Below, in pieces: positions 37,867-51,092 of a stretch of 64,000 nucleotides of DNA (position 1 is the first letter of the stretch; each line of letters starts with the position of its first letter). Location: NCBI GenBank assembly GCA_001179505.1, contig CDMY01000367.1, positions 1-64,000 on the forward strand. The letters run 5' to 3'. The translations under genes were made by a program, and so were the position numbers. The notes under the pieces were generated by a model. That model ran no database searches and was not told where the DNA came from. It worked only from the letters and a program-made list of their open reading frames with translations. Source of the DNA: Vitrella brassicaformis CCMP3155. Lineage: Eukaryota > Protista > Chromerida.

Positions 37867-40031
37867 ATGCGGAAGAAGGTTCCTGTGACCATCGTCACGG
37901 GCTTCCTGGGTAGGCATGAAGCACAGAAGCACACCGACACGACGGCAACAGTCATGATCTGCTGCTGTCCTTTTGGGCTCGGCGCAGGTGCTGGGAAAAC
38001 GACGCTGCTCAGGTGCTCATCTCATCCATGCGAATGTGGAGAGATCGATCACGGCAAAGATGCGACGGTCTGTTTGTTGGATGGATTGGGGTTTGTTCAT
38101 TCTTTGATGTATGCTGACAGGTACATATTGCGTCAGCCGCACGGCAAGCGCATAGCAGTGGTACAGAATGAGTTCTCGGAGGAGATGGGCATCGAGAGCC
38201 CCGTCATCGTCGACGACAAAGGGGAGGTCTACAAGGAGATATACGAGCTCCCAAACGGATGTAAGCCTCGGCAGACAGACAGACTCAACTCTCACGCATT
38301 AATCACTCGGATGTGATGTGATGTGATGTGATGTGTGTATGTTAACAATGTGCCATGGCATGCAGGCATCTGTTGTTCGGTGCGTGACGACTTGGTGGCG
38401 ACGTTGGACAATTTGCTGGAGCACCAGGACCGGTTCGACTACATTCTGGTGGAGACCACGGGTGTGGCCGACCCTGAGCCCGTCACCGCCGCATTCTGGG
38501 TGGACGCTAACCTCGACTCACGCCTCTACCTCGACGGCATCGTCACACTCGTCGATGCCAAGAACGTCCTGCGGTGAGTGAGGCCACACATGTGGGCACA
38601 GATTATCGCTGGCTGGCTGCATCGAGTGCAGGTCGGCTTGGGTCTGTGTGTTGTGTGCAGGTGTTTGGGTCACGAGAACTCGTCGAGCCCTCCGTCGGAG
38701 CAAGCGAATGGGCGCGCTGGACAGGGAAAGGGAGAGGGGGATGGCGAGGGGGAGAACGTCGACTGGCTGGAGAGGGTTCGGCAGATGAGGACCGACCACA
38801 AGTCTGCAGAGGCGTCGGCGGGTAGGAAATGGGCTCGTCGCGAGGGACTCCCCACAGACACGTATGGACATGTATACATGTGTGCGCTCACGTGGTGTGC
38901 ATGTGACTCAGGTCTAGAGGTAGAGGCAGCCAAGCAGATTGCCTTTGCCGACTGCATCCTGGTCAACAAACAGGTCAGGGGAACTAGATCCACGACGCAC
39001 ACACAGGCTGAGGCAACGGCGCGTGTGCTGTGTGTTTCAGGATTTGCTTGCCGAGTCGTCGGACAGCGAGCGTCTTGAGGAGATCATCACCTCCATCAAC
39101 CCATACGCACGAATCGTCAGGTGCAGACAGACACACATACACACACATGCACAGATACACACACGTCCATCAGCTGAGCTGACCGTCCTCTGGCCATCCC
39201 ATCCCCCCATCTGTCTGTCAGGTGCACCCGCTCGGAGGCCCCCCTGGACTCCCTCCTCCACCTGAGAGCTCTCGAGACAGCCGAGACGCAGCCACAAGCA
39301 TTCATGCTCGCACAGCCGCCAAACAGCCGACAAAACAACCACAACCACCATGACGACCACCACAACCACAATCACGAGCATCAGCATGATCATGATGAGC
39401 ACCACGAGCTTGAGCACCCACCCAAGCACAGCCACGTGGGCGCCCCCTCCCATGCGCACTCACATGGCCACCCCCTGGTGGACAGCGTCCTGCTCACAAG
39501 ACCGACGGCCGCCAGCGGCAGGGCGGGGGGAGGCCAAGGGCGGGTGCTCAGCTGGGATGCCGTCAATCGGTGGATAGCCAGGATGCTCTGGGAAGCTGCC
39601 GCCGGCAAGATATACAGGTCGGTGACTTAGTAAGTCAGTGAGTCAGTGCAGCCGACGCACGCAGCACATGTGTGTGAGAGATCCCATGTGTGTGTGTGTT
39701 CAGGTGTAAAGGCATCTTCACGGCCATCGGAGGTGACGAGGAAGATGACAGTGACATGCCCGGCGCAGAAGACGACGACGAAGCCCCCGCACTGCAACCG
39801 TCACCGTCGCCAGCAGCAGCAGCAGCAGCAGCAGAGACGACCGATGTCCCCCGGCTGTTCGCCCTGCAGGGTGTCGGAGAGCTGTTTGAGATCGAGCGGG
39901 TGAGGGACAACAACGGCAGTGGCGGCGATGGCGAGGGTGCGTTTCAGTCCAAGTTCCTCTTCATCGGTCGGCATTTGGACCGTGAGCAGCTGGACAAGGG
40001 GCTCGAGCAGTGCTGGGCTGAGGCTGCCTGA
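37867..40031 (+). CDS. CobW/COG0523 (ZNG1/CBWD-type) Zn-regulated GTPase with His-rich insert
   Basis: VPVTIVTGFLG|AGKTTLL, AVVQNEF, ELPNG|CICCSVRDDL, ILVETTGVADP, QIAFADCILVNK. His-rich tract at about 39340-39470. CobW_C ends in FLFIGRHLD. Confidence 0.93.
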
Positions 40032-40317
40032 TCTGCAGATGGCCAGCCAATACAATCAATACATGGACGGGTTGATTGTTGATGGAGTTAGTTGTGCCTT
40101 CACTCACTCACTGCTGAGTGAGTGACTAGGTAGGTAGGACAGTCATTGAATGGTGCAATGGATGGATGGATGTGATTCGACATACACACATTCGACATGA
40201 CAGATAGACAGACAGCCACCCAGGTGTGTGCGCTAAGTTAAAATGGATGGATCATATATCGAATCGAAGAGGGTCTGGGCCGGGTCAGAGTAGAGAGAGT
40301 GTCACGTCACATCACGT

Positions 40318-40352
40318 ATTGGTGACACCAACTTGGTGTTGGTGTCACCAAT
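40318..40352. repeat. Perfect 14-bp inverted repeat with 7-nt loop, built from TTGGTG/CACCAA units
   Basis: ATTGGTGACACCAA-CTTGGTG-TTGGTGTCACCAAT, located between the convergent 3' ends of the CobW and MON1 genes. Confidence 0.9.
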
Positions 40353-40818
40353 CAATCCATATGTAGGTAGGCATCTTGCTTGGTATATATGTATGTACAG
40401 CGGATCGAATACGGAATCAAAGACGCCGTCAAGCCGTCGCATCAATGAATGAACCCGGACAGACAGACAGGCAGACCCCACAGAGATAAAACGCACGCCC
40501 TTCAGACTAACAGACAGACAGACAGACAGACAGACAGATAGACAGACGGACATTCGTCCCTCCAGCAGGCAGGCAGGGGGGCGGGCAGCTGCTTGATTGT
40601 GTTGCTGTGTGGCTTGTCGTGCGTTACCCTACTACGTGAGGAGGGGCATGTCATGGCATGATGTCCGTCCATTCATCGCAGCCCGCCCCGCCTCACGAGA
40701 TGGCCCCACTCCACAAGGCAAGCAGCAACGCGCTCATTCGACACTCAGTGAATAGGATAAGACGGACGGACGCACTGAGAACACGCCTGTCTCGCCGGCT
40801 GGCTGTCTGGTTGGCCGG

Positions 40819-43800
40819 TTATAGCGTGGGTATGTTGGATATGAACAGGAAGCTCTCCTGCGTCTTGAGCCACTGCACCAGCTGAGTCAACGAATGGGTG
40901 CTCAACTCTGACACAACACAAACAGACAGACACACAGACAGACGTCAGCAGAGCAGAAGCCGAAGAGACAGAGAGAGAGAGAGAGAGAGGCAAATGCATG
41001 GATTGGATACGATGAGCGGTGTGCGGTTGCGTGCCTGCAGGTATGTGCGTATTCACCTACCTGTCCATCTGGGTGCGCAACAGTAGAGGTGGTACTCGGC
41101 CGTCTGCCACACGAAGAACGACTCGTGCTGAAACAAAGAACCAACGAACCATACAAGGACACAATAAGGCCAGTGGATGGATGGATGGATGGATGGATGG
41201 CCCTCTCTCCCTCACTGTCCTCACCCTTCGCTTGTAGAAGAGCTGACACGGCAACTTGGCTTTGGTCTTGGCCAGCAATGTCTTGCAGCAGTGATACACA
41301 CTAAACAACCTGCACACACACCACACACCACACACGAAACAAGTCCTGCCGCCCATCGGGTCGTAGGTGGGGCAGCTCACTCACTGTTGCTCCCTTGCAG
41401 GTTCCTGGTAGTCTCTGCTGAATGCCGACCCGAAGTACTGCTGGAGGGAGGGGAGGAAGTAGCCCACGTGGATGAACGGCACACCCAAGGTGCTCAGCAA
41501 ACTGTTGGCTGGACGTGACGTTGGTTGGGATGGACACGACAACACATGCAGGACATGACGCACACGCACGCACTGATGTGGATGGGATGGAGGCGTGCCG
41601 TGCCGTACAGCACTTTGTGTGTGTATGTGTAATTAATGTACAGACACCACACCACTTAGCTTACGGAGTGCGTATGGGCAGTATGCGATGGAGGTGCGGA
41701 TGGCGTCAAGGCACCCACTGCTCGACAAGGCCTGAGCCAAGAATGAAGAATGAAGAATGACGCCACGCCACAACCGTGAGACAGACAGACAGACACATCG
41801 GTTCCTATCTGTCTGTCTGTCTGTCTGGTCAACCTACTTTCTCCCTCCCTCCCTACCTCCATCATCCTGTGGAAGTGCTGTGACAGCGCATAGAACTGGT
41901 CGCCGTCCGACGTGGATGACAGCACCACCAGACCCAAATCGCGACCAGAGAAGTTGACGTACGCATACAAAAACGCGCTGCACACAGACAGACAAACAGC
42001 GGCACATGCCGCGATGCTTCCCTCCCTCCCTCTCTCCCTCTCGTTCTCTGTCTCTGGTGTGGGTCACGCCTCGCCCCGCCCACCTGTCGTTGTAGTGTGG
42101 GAGGCAGACAGGTGTCCATGACTCTGACTGCCGCAGGGCCGACGACCGAACCAAATTGATCAGAATCACCAAATCTGACCATACATGCCAATCCATACAA
42201 TATGTGAACACATACACACACACAGGCAGACAAATAGTTCGCCACTCACTCACTTAACCCATGAATCGCGCCTCCCTCTGTCTGTCCGAGTGTACCCACC
42301 TGTGGGGTGCAGTTGGTTCTTGATGACGCGTGACACGGCCATGGTGACCACCCGGTGGTGCGCCAGTAGAATGGCCGCCAGCACGTGGGGCTGCGGATTC
42401 ACACCACTCCCAACCGCCCTAAAGTCCTTCAACGCGTTGGTGGCGATGACCCGCATCGGGGGCGCCAGGGGCAGCGGCTCGAAGCTGTCAACCAGGGCGA
42501 ACATGTCCCTCCCCGACCACTCGATCAGGTTATTCAGCACGGCATCCGTGCCGCCCAGCAGCGCCCTCACGTCATAGGAGGGGCGGGCCTTGAGTGTCTT
42601 GTCGATGCCGCGGGTGAGGATGCATATGAGCTGCTGGTGGATCCGATCCAGCAGCTCCGCCAGCATGCTGTAGGTGTGGATGCGCTGGTGGTGATGCTGG
42701 GGATAGACGGTGGGGCCGTCAGAGGGGTGTGGGGCTGTGGCTGTGGGTGGGGTAACGGGGCAGGAGGGTGCAGTGGACGGGACAGAGAACGACTGGAGGG
42801 CGTCGATGGACTCCTGCCATTTGTTGCGTCCCCTGACGCCCCGCGATATGCTGACCAGCCAGAGTGGGCCCCGCTCCATGAAGGCGAAAATGTGGTCGCC
42901 CGCCTTGATGTACCGCAGTGAGTCGGTGCCCTTGGAGTGCACAAACAGCGACGCCATCTTGGACACAATCGCCGACAGCGTGCCAGTGAAGGCGCTGAGG
43001 CGGTCTTCGCTGCCGTATCGGCTCCACACGGGCTTGCCCGAGTAGGTGAAGATGAGCACGTGGTCGTCATGCTTGTACCATTCAGGCACCGAGTCGTCTT
43101 CGTCCACACACTTGCTGGCCAAGTCGTAGGAGCTGTGGATCTCATCCACCGACTTGCGCAGAGCGAAGGACCGGTTCCGCGCCGGCCGGCCGTCGGGCAG
43201 ACCCGGCGGCCTCCTCGTTTCGCTATCGCCCTCGGGCTGCTCCCCTCCCTTGTCGCCGCGCCCTTCTCGCCTCTCCGCCAGCACCACCTCGCCATTGTCT
43301 GTCGTCGCCTGCTCGGGCTCTGCCTGAATCTCCTTGGCTGGTGCCTCTGCTGGCTGCGAGGGCTCCAGCGATATGCCCTCGAGAGGGCTGCCCTCGTTGC
43401 TGGTGGGGGATGACTCGCCGGATGAGCCTTCATCGTAGCGCAGGGGGACTGATGGGAGGGGAGGGGAAGTGCCCCACTTGACGCCATTGGGAAGGTCTTC
43501 GGCGGAGGCTGCAAAGGGCTCAGATGGCCGCTGGATGTCGTCGCCCTTGCTGCCGGCATCAGGCTCATCAACTCGCTCCTGGTCTGTTGCTGCAGCGCTC
43601 GCTGGCTGAGTTGTGTCCTGGGTGCCGTAGAAGTCGTCACATGAAGCATCTTGTTCACTCTCGAGCAGGATATCCTCCAAACCAACACGTGGCGCCGGCT
43701 CCTCGGCGTCTTCTGCACCCTCTGTCACGCTGAGGAACGCACCCGACATCACTGGCGGATGGACCCGCTCCCGGTCTTCTGCCGCTGCCGCCGTCCGCAT

Positions 43801-44085
43801 GCCTCTTGCCGTCCGCAGGGGCGAGCCCTCTTGGGCATAGTCAGACCAGTCAGCTCCAGCAGCATCCTCTTCGTCGGCCTCATCCTGAATGACCAGCAGA
43901 GATCTGTCCCGCGGCACTGTCGCATCCTCATCTGCTGCTGAAGCTGCTGCTGCTGTTGATGGCTCCTCTGTGATCTCCTCCTCGCCCGTATCAGCAAAGC
44001 CGCCGGGCACGCCAGCCACACGTGCCGCGTGTGAATCGGCTTCGCTGTCCACAGGAAGTGGCGTACCCTCATTTGCTTGAGCCAT
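40819..44085 (-). CDS. MON1: Vacuolar fusion protein MON1/SAND (Rab7 GEF subunit) with long acidic N-terminus
   Basis: HVLIFTYSGKPVWSRYG, LLDRIHQQLICILT, PSYDVRALLGGT, DLVILINLV, ESWTPVCLPHYND|AFLYAYV, C-terminal LVQWLKTQESFLFI. Start set at MAQANEG (44085); the in-frame ATG at 44226 is possible but leaves only about 60 bp to the divergent gene. Confidence 0.9.
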
Positions 44086-44286
44086 GCTGAGATCTTCCGC
44101 CACAAAAGCTGCTGCGTTTTGATTCTTCTTTGCAAGCGAAGCGCGCAGAAGGATCGGGCTTCCTGAAACCGATGCTAATCGGGAGGAGGAAGGGACTCGG
44201 ATGGCTTTCCCATATTCGCGCATCACAAGAGCTCCCTCCGCCCGTTCCAGCGAAGTCTGACTGGTCCCTTCCTTCTTGTGACGAGC

Positions 44287-45915
44287 ATGACAACAAAGAA
44301 GAGGTGAGGGATGCGTTCAAGATCTACACAGACGTATGTAGACGCACATCCATGATGATTTTGTTTCCTCGCTTCAGTTCCACATCAGGTGATGTTCTCC
44401 TTGGCTTCGTCGGGCCACCCCTGAGTGCATCGGAAGCAACTGACCCATCGGTGTCACGGATTGGAGGCAAACCGGTACGCCACATCAACGATAGATAGGA
44501 AACGATTTTGCTGATGCATGCTGTTCACATGGATTCTCTTGCGTGAGTCGCAGGCCTGGTTGGGTGAGGCACCACTTGAGTCTTCGCTGCGCTGCGGCAT
44601 CTGTGTGGGAGATCTGACATTCGTCGCCCAAATGTAAGCGACCGTGGCGACACTTTAGGGCCCGTCCACTCACTCACTCACTCATTCACTCACTGTGTTG
44701 GTCGTTGGCTCTGTCGATGTCTTCACGGTTAGGGACACCACTTACGAGTCTTCGCACCACCGTGTGCTGTACCTGTTCACGTGCCTCCATCACCTGGACA
44801 CAGCCGCATCGGCCGCATTCCCAAAACCATGCTGCCTCTACACGCAGGGCTGGAAGGCCATCCGCGTCAAACGAACGGCGGCACTACAGGCGACCACACC
44901 ACCGGTGGAAGAAAGGAAGACTGACCCACCTGGGTCAGGTGGGACAACGGGGTCTGCTTCTGAGAACGTGGCGGCGGATATCGTGTCCTATGATGATTGG
45001 GGTGCCAACGTTGACGATGAGCTTGAGGCTCTGATTGACAAGGTCACCAACTGGCAGCCCTCAGCGGCAAGCACCACCCAGGAGAAGCAGCAAACAGCGG
45101 CATCGCAGGCTTCGGCATCCGCTGCTCATGCGACACCCACCGACGAGCCAACATCGTCTCTACCGGTCTACGGCTACTCGCTCTCGGTGGACGAGGAGCC
45201 CTACCACCCTGGCGACCAGGGCGCCAAGAGCCCTGAGGAAGAGAGCGATGAAGACGAGCTGGAGGACGACGACAAGGCCGCTGCGTCCGACGCACACGTC
45301 ATGCAACTCTACAAACGGTACTGCAACGATTCCAGCCAGCAGCCGCCGCCGCCGCCGCCGCAGCAGGCCAGCAAGACCGCAGACACGAAGCGGCCAGAGA
45401 GGCGAGGCAGCACGTCATCATTCGACGACAACGAAGGCAACGAGCGCGACGGTTCAGAGGTCATGGGCGAGGAGCCGTACGAGGCCGACGACCCCGACGT
45501 AAGGGCTCTCCGCGCCTTCCAGCTGCGCGTTGCCCGCAGCCCACAGCAGGTCGTCCGCTACTCATTCGGCGGCACGCCGCTCTGGCTCAAAGCGCGTGAC
45601 AAGGAGCCCGGTGGCGGGGACGGGGAGCGGTGCGGGGCGTGTGGCGGCCGTCGTGTGTTTGAGATGCAGCTGCTGCCCACCCTCCTGACGCAGCTGCAGT
45701 CGCGACTTGGCCATCTGCTGGCCGAGGAGAGGAAGAGAGAGGCAGGCGGCGATGGTGGCGAGACGGCTGAGGGTGTTAGGTCGTGTATGTGGGATTTGAG
45801 TCGTGTGGCGTCTGGGGAGTGGGGCACTGTGGTGGTGATGTCTTGTGAGGCTGACTGCGGGGGGGATGGGGATGGGCGGGTGGAGGAGGGGGTGGTCGTG
45901 CAGGAAGAGGCCTGA
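44287..45915 (+). CDS. PDCD2L: PDCD2-like (PDCD2L/TSR4-type) ribosomal protein uS5 chaperone
   Basis: DVLLGF...SRIGGKP|AWL...CGIC...FVAQ, HRVLYLFTC, and PDCD2_C FQLRVARSPQQVVRY...CGACGGRRVFEMQLLP...WGTVVVMSC..EEGVVVQ. No MYND finger seen. Confidence 0.85.
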
Positions 45916-46524
45916 CATACATGACTGACAGGGTCTGTCTGATCGCATACAAGGCACTTGTCTGCTTGAAGAGGGATGTCTGTTGGCTGCATGTGGTGTG
46001 GATTATGACTTGAATGAATGACTTGAAGTGCAATTGCGATTCAGCTCAAAGCATTCAACTGCTCAGAATGATTGTCTTGTATAATCGATCAATGTTCGTG
46101 GCCACGTCTCGATCTCTTGTCTGCAGTGCTCGGTGTCTAGGATAAGAAGGTGAGGTCGTGTACACCTTCTTTCTTGGCCTGGACACCAAAGAGTGCAGAC
46201 AAGAGATCGAGACGCAACACATGACGCAATCAGAATGATGCCCGTGGCTAAAACCCTCACAACTAAATGCATAGCGAGCCGGCCACTTCAGGAAAAAACC
46301 CGCGCGCTCACATTCGTCAACACAGCGGACCCGAAGCCACGCGTGCAACACCCGCCATGCAGAGACGCACTCACACAAACACGCACCATCCAGAAAAAAA
46401 CGTCTGGGGGACTCTCTCGTTTGGCACGACGAGGAAAAAACCAAACCCATTCAGACGTACCTTCTTGGGTCGACCTGCCCACCCGCGTCACGTACCCAGC
46501 CACCAAAAAAAAAACAGTGGTCAC

Positions 46525-48925
46525 TCACATGAAGATGGCCGTCTCCTTGTTAGATGTTGCGCCGTCTGTAGGGTGGCAGTGCCCCGTCTGCCACTCGATG
46601 CACTCCCTGAAGACCCGCAGAGATGCGGCGGGCGATGACATCGGCACCATGTGGGACGCGTTGTAGACCCGCAGGAAGGACAGCTTGTCCACCCACTTGT
46701 ACGCGCCATACTGGTGGCCGTCGACCACCCACTCCACAAACTGCACACAACAGAACAGAGAAGGGTGGGCGGTCAGGTGGTGTTCGTATGTGGGTGTGTG
46801 TGTGAGTGTGTGTGGCTGTGGGGTGCGTCGTCATGCACTGCTCACCGGTGAGGCTCTGAATGACTCGGCGTGGTCCCATTCAAGCTGCTTGGCCATCTCC
46901 AGGCCGCCCATCCAGTTACACATGAAATCTTGGTCACCATAATAAAGCAGCACACGCACACCCGCATCGATGACATACGACAGCTCAGGGCCCGAGCTGC
47001 ACACAGAAGCATCCACGCAGACACAGGGATGGGGGATGACACGCCTGTGTAGCGAGTGGAGGTATTATGGCGATTGGTTCTTCACCTCTTGATCGAGTCG
47101 GTGCGCAGATTCTTGTGCAGCTGCATGAACACATACACACACAGCATGGCTGCACTTGGCGTTCGTCGGTGCGGTGTGTCTGTCGCCCTTCCTGGGCAGT
47201 GCTTCCCCCCCTCCCTCCCTCCGTCCCTCCCTGCGTCCCTTGCTGACCTCATTGCTGCAGGAAGTCCAGTCTTGGCTGACGTGCAGGGCCTCCTTGACCT
47301 CCTTCTGGTTGAAAAACGACACGATGCCATCCATGTCGTGACAATAGGGCGGCAACTGCAGCCAGCCATCACAAAATGAATGAACAAACGCACATCAATC
47401 AGAGCCATTCACTCCAATGCGTTGCGCCATTCCCTCTATCTGTGTGTGTCAGTTACCTCGCACTGTTCGCGTATGTCATATGGGCTGGTGCTGCCGAGCA
47501 GACGCGTGGTCAGGGGATAGCACGTCGCATCCACTGCATCCCACTTGCCACTCCGCAGTGCCTCCTCACACAGACCATAACCTACACATAACACACCACG
47601 CACAACCGAATCTGTGGAGTGCGTCTGGCTTCGGCCTGTCTGTCTGTCGCGTTGCCCACCTAACCTACCCAGCTTTGCCTCTGCAAACGTGGCATCGTCG
47701 ATCATCTCGTTAGCGTAGGCGAAGGCCGCAAAGGAGGGGAACTGGACGAATGGGTTCGTCCACCCATTGCCGATCGCGATCCCTGCATGGCATGGGTGAA
47801 CGAACAAGAGGGCGGTGAGTGACATGGTTCCATGCGCTCCAAGTAAGTCAAGGGCACCCACCCACCCTTGAAGTTGAGGCCGTCGATGGGGCTGTCTACG
47901 AGATGTTTGGCAATGTGGGGGATGTAGTGGCCGGCGTACGACTCTCCCGCAAGCACAAACGGACTGCACATGACACGACACACAACAACCACTTGGACAG
48001 CGCAGGTCCATTCAGAAACGATAGAGCTACACGTCACGCACCGGTCGTGAAAGTCAGGAAAGAGTGAGAGAAAGCCCTCCAGGAAAGCCCCCATGTCTGA
48101 GAGAATAACGAATATGTGGGTACATGATTACGACAGACAGCCGTGCAAGGAAGGACACATTCAGCTCACCAGAGGCGATATCCTCCTCGGTGGCTGGGTA
48201 GCCGTCAGGTCCCTTGGTGTGCGACCAACCAACACCAAGCGACAGGTCAACGAACAGCATGTTCGCAGCGGCCGTCCTGACCAGACCAGACCAGCACACA
48301 CCAGGACAGTTCCTTCAAGGTGCAAGCGTGTTTGCGGGCGAATACCATGAGTATTCGTTGAGTGCGAGAGTGCCGTTCGGCAGCACAGTAAAAGGGCCGT
48401 TCTCAGCTATCCACCCAAGCTCACTGGAACATCCAGGACCTACAGACAGACGCACACAGGCGCAGACAATGCAAGTACTGCTCAAAAACGGCCTTGTAGA
48501 CATCACACTCTTCCCCATCGCACCGCACCTTGCAGCCCCATGTCTGGAAGGTCCCCCCCGGTCAGCCACATCGTCAGCGCATCGTGGCTGGCGTTGCCTC
48601 GTGAGGGGAAAAAGACGAAGAACATGGATCCGCCACCGATGGGCACCCGGCCTGCATTGCATGCATCACACCAACACACAGCACGACATCAGACAGCAAT
48701 CACCCACACTCATGCCATCCATCATGCCCTCCCTTGTGACTCACTCGTGCATGCTGTGCGTTCTGGCTGACCTGTGTACATCTTTTCGTTGAAGAAGATG
48801 CTGCTTTTGACTTCGTTCTTGGTTGGCAGGCCGCAGCTGTGTTGGTCTCTTCTGGTGCAGGCAGGCCGCGCAAACGAGCATGACAGCACCTCCCAGAGCG
48901 CCAGGACAGCCACCGCTGCCTTCAT
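46525..48925 (-). CDS. Serine carboxypeptidase (peptidase S10) with signal peptide
   Basis: MKAAVAVLALW, WLTGG|PGCSS, ENGPF, catalytic GESYAGHY (Ser), IGNGW, YGDQDFMCN (Asp), YNASHMVP (His). Confidence 0.93.
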
Positions 48926-48992
48926 GATGATAGATCTGTGTTGGATCTTTCGAATGGAGAGCAGCCCACTCCGCTACCTTTTCTTAGCTCGC

Positions 48993-49015
48993 AAAACCCT
49001 AAACCCTGAACCCTT
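48993..49015 (+). promoter_or_regulatory. Telomere-like cluster AAAACCCT-AAACCCTG-AACCCTT in a divergent intergenic region
   Basis: Lies between the carboxypeptidase ATG (48925) and the GT32 ATG (49164). Confidence 0.4.
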
Positions 49016-49163
49016 GCGGGCAAGAAAAGCCCAAGAAGGCAGGCACACGTCCGCAGCTCATTAATTGTCTTTTTTCTCCTGCAATTCTGCCAGGCTATGT
49101 GCTGCGGGATACTCATCGGATGCAGTGAGGAGACCTGGGAGCACAGGGATCATCTGCGCTTGC

Positions 49164-50477
49164 ATGCGCATGCGGCCGCCTTCTCTGATGAGTCCCCTCA
49201 CCGCCGACAAGACAGCCGACGCCGCCACTCCTCCACGGGGCTTTTGTGTTCTTCTGGGCCTGGTGGTGGTTTCGTCAGCCTTGTCTATCACTCTGATGAC
49301 CCTGACGCACAGCTACACCAGCTTGCACGGCCTCGCGGCGGGCTGGATGAGGCGGTCGCGTCATCTGCACGGGATACAATGGCGGGCAGAGTGCCTGAGG
49401 CGGAGAGAGCAAGACCCCAGTATGCCCTCATGCACTGACGGGCAGACAAGTTTGCATTCTTGATGGACTCCTCGTGCTGACGCGCTTTCCGTTAATCCCG
49501 TGGCCGACGGGCAGACAAGAAGGAGGAGGAATGTGACCTTCCCCCGTGTGATCCACCAGACGTGGAAGCATCGCCGGCTGCCTGTTCGGTTCAAGGCGTG
49601 GATGAGGAGCTGCCGTGACGTCAACCATGAGACGCGGCACCATTTCTACACCGACTTCTCGCTGCTTCAGCTGGTCATGCGGCACTTCCCCGAATGGCGA
49701 AGGCCGTGGAGCGACTTACCCGGCATCATCCGTGCGGACCTGGGCAGGCTGCTCATTCTGTGGCTGTACGGCGGGATTTATCTCGATGTCGACTACGAAT
49801 GCCTGCAGCCATTTGAGGCACTACTGAGGCAAGCTGAGGCTCAGGGGAATGACCTGATTGTCGGAGAAAAGCATCTGGTGCACGTTTATCTGCTCGAGCA
49901 TGTGAATGACAGCATGAGGCCCTTCGTCTCAAACGCAGCCATGATATCGACCCCATTCCATCCACTTATCGGCGCCTTCCTCAACCAGACTCTTCACAAT
50001 GCGTCAGCGGCCTTGGTCGATTGCAAGGACGCCGTGCAATGCACTGGCCCAAGGCCGCTCACGAGGCTGGTGCACCAGGCTCTTCAGCTGGAGGACCAGA
50101 TGCGGCTTGCCAGCCGCTCGTGTGAGGTGACGCCTCCACTGGGCTCTGTTATGGTGACCGACTTCGATGTGCTATACCCGGAGCTGGCGCATTGGAATGT
50201 CGATGGTGCGATGCGCGACAAGTGCCAGAGACACCCTCGGACACGCCGCATCACGGCCACACCGACGGATGCATTCGCCAACCGCTCGCACGTCCACAAG
50301 GGTTGTGCGCTTCTTGCCGAGACGCAGGACAACGCTACGAGGTATGTGTCGAGTGAGAGGAGCGTGGCTGTGCACCACTGGCGGTGCAGCTCGTGCAGGA
50401 AGAGCCCCATGGTGAGGCTGCGGGGCAGTCTGGCGTTTGACGTTGTGCGGGAGATTCCTGAGCTGATTGTACAGTAA
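49164..50477 (+). CDS. Glycosyltransferase family 32 (DXD, OCH1/CSH1/SUR1-like), type II membrane; in-frame TGA at 49461 must be spliced out or is a lesion
   Basis: TM segment GFCVLLGLVVVSSALSITLMTL. Catalytic FPRVIHQTWK...RADLGRLLILWLYGGIYLDVDYECL...VSNAAMISTPFHP...TGP. Confidence 0.8.
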
Positions 50478-51092
50478 AAGTGGGTGGGGATATGGTCTGG
50501 GATATTTGTCGACAGGCTCGGTCGGTCTCCATCCTCACAGATAGATTGTCATAGAGGGGAAGGAGAAAGAGATGGAAACAAACAAAGGAGCGCCATGGGC
50601 GTTCAGAAAGAGACGCTCGTGTTGTTCGTAGCACTCTGGCTGACCTGACAGCCCTCTGTGTGTGTGAATTGCATGTGAGTCGAGTCGGCTGCTGTAGTGT
50701 GTTCCTTGTTTGTCGCTGTAGGCTGTGTTGTCTTGGCTGCTGACTGAGTAGTTTGCATGCCATGCGTGACCCATGACGACGTAGGTAGGGCTGGCTGCAC
50801 ACGCTGTATACGATTAAACTCGGATTAAATGTCAGTCAGTCAGTCGCATGAGTTGAGTACACACAAATCGCATCGCATCGCATCGCACCCACTGACCAAC
50901 AATCTAATCTATATGTGGGTGTGTCTCGTCTCGCATACACTACATCGCCGGCCGGCCACAGATAAACGCCCATCCTCCATCTATCCATCCATCCAGCCCT
51001 CCATCCGCCCGCGGCACACATATGAACAAGTCAGTGACCCTCCATCCATCCAACCAGCCAGCCAACAAACCGACACACCAACACAACCTCTT

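Noticed and set aside
39812-39833. (CAG)n tract encoding poly-Ala in the CobW C-terminal loop
   Set aside because: Ordinary coding microsatellite in a variable loop.
46250-46257. Single AAACCCT between convergent 3' ends
   Set aside because: One unit only and not near a start codon; expected by chance.
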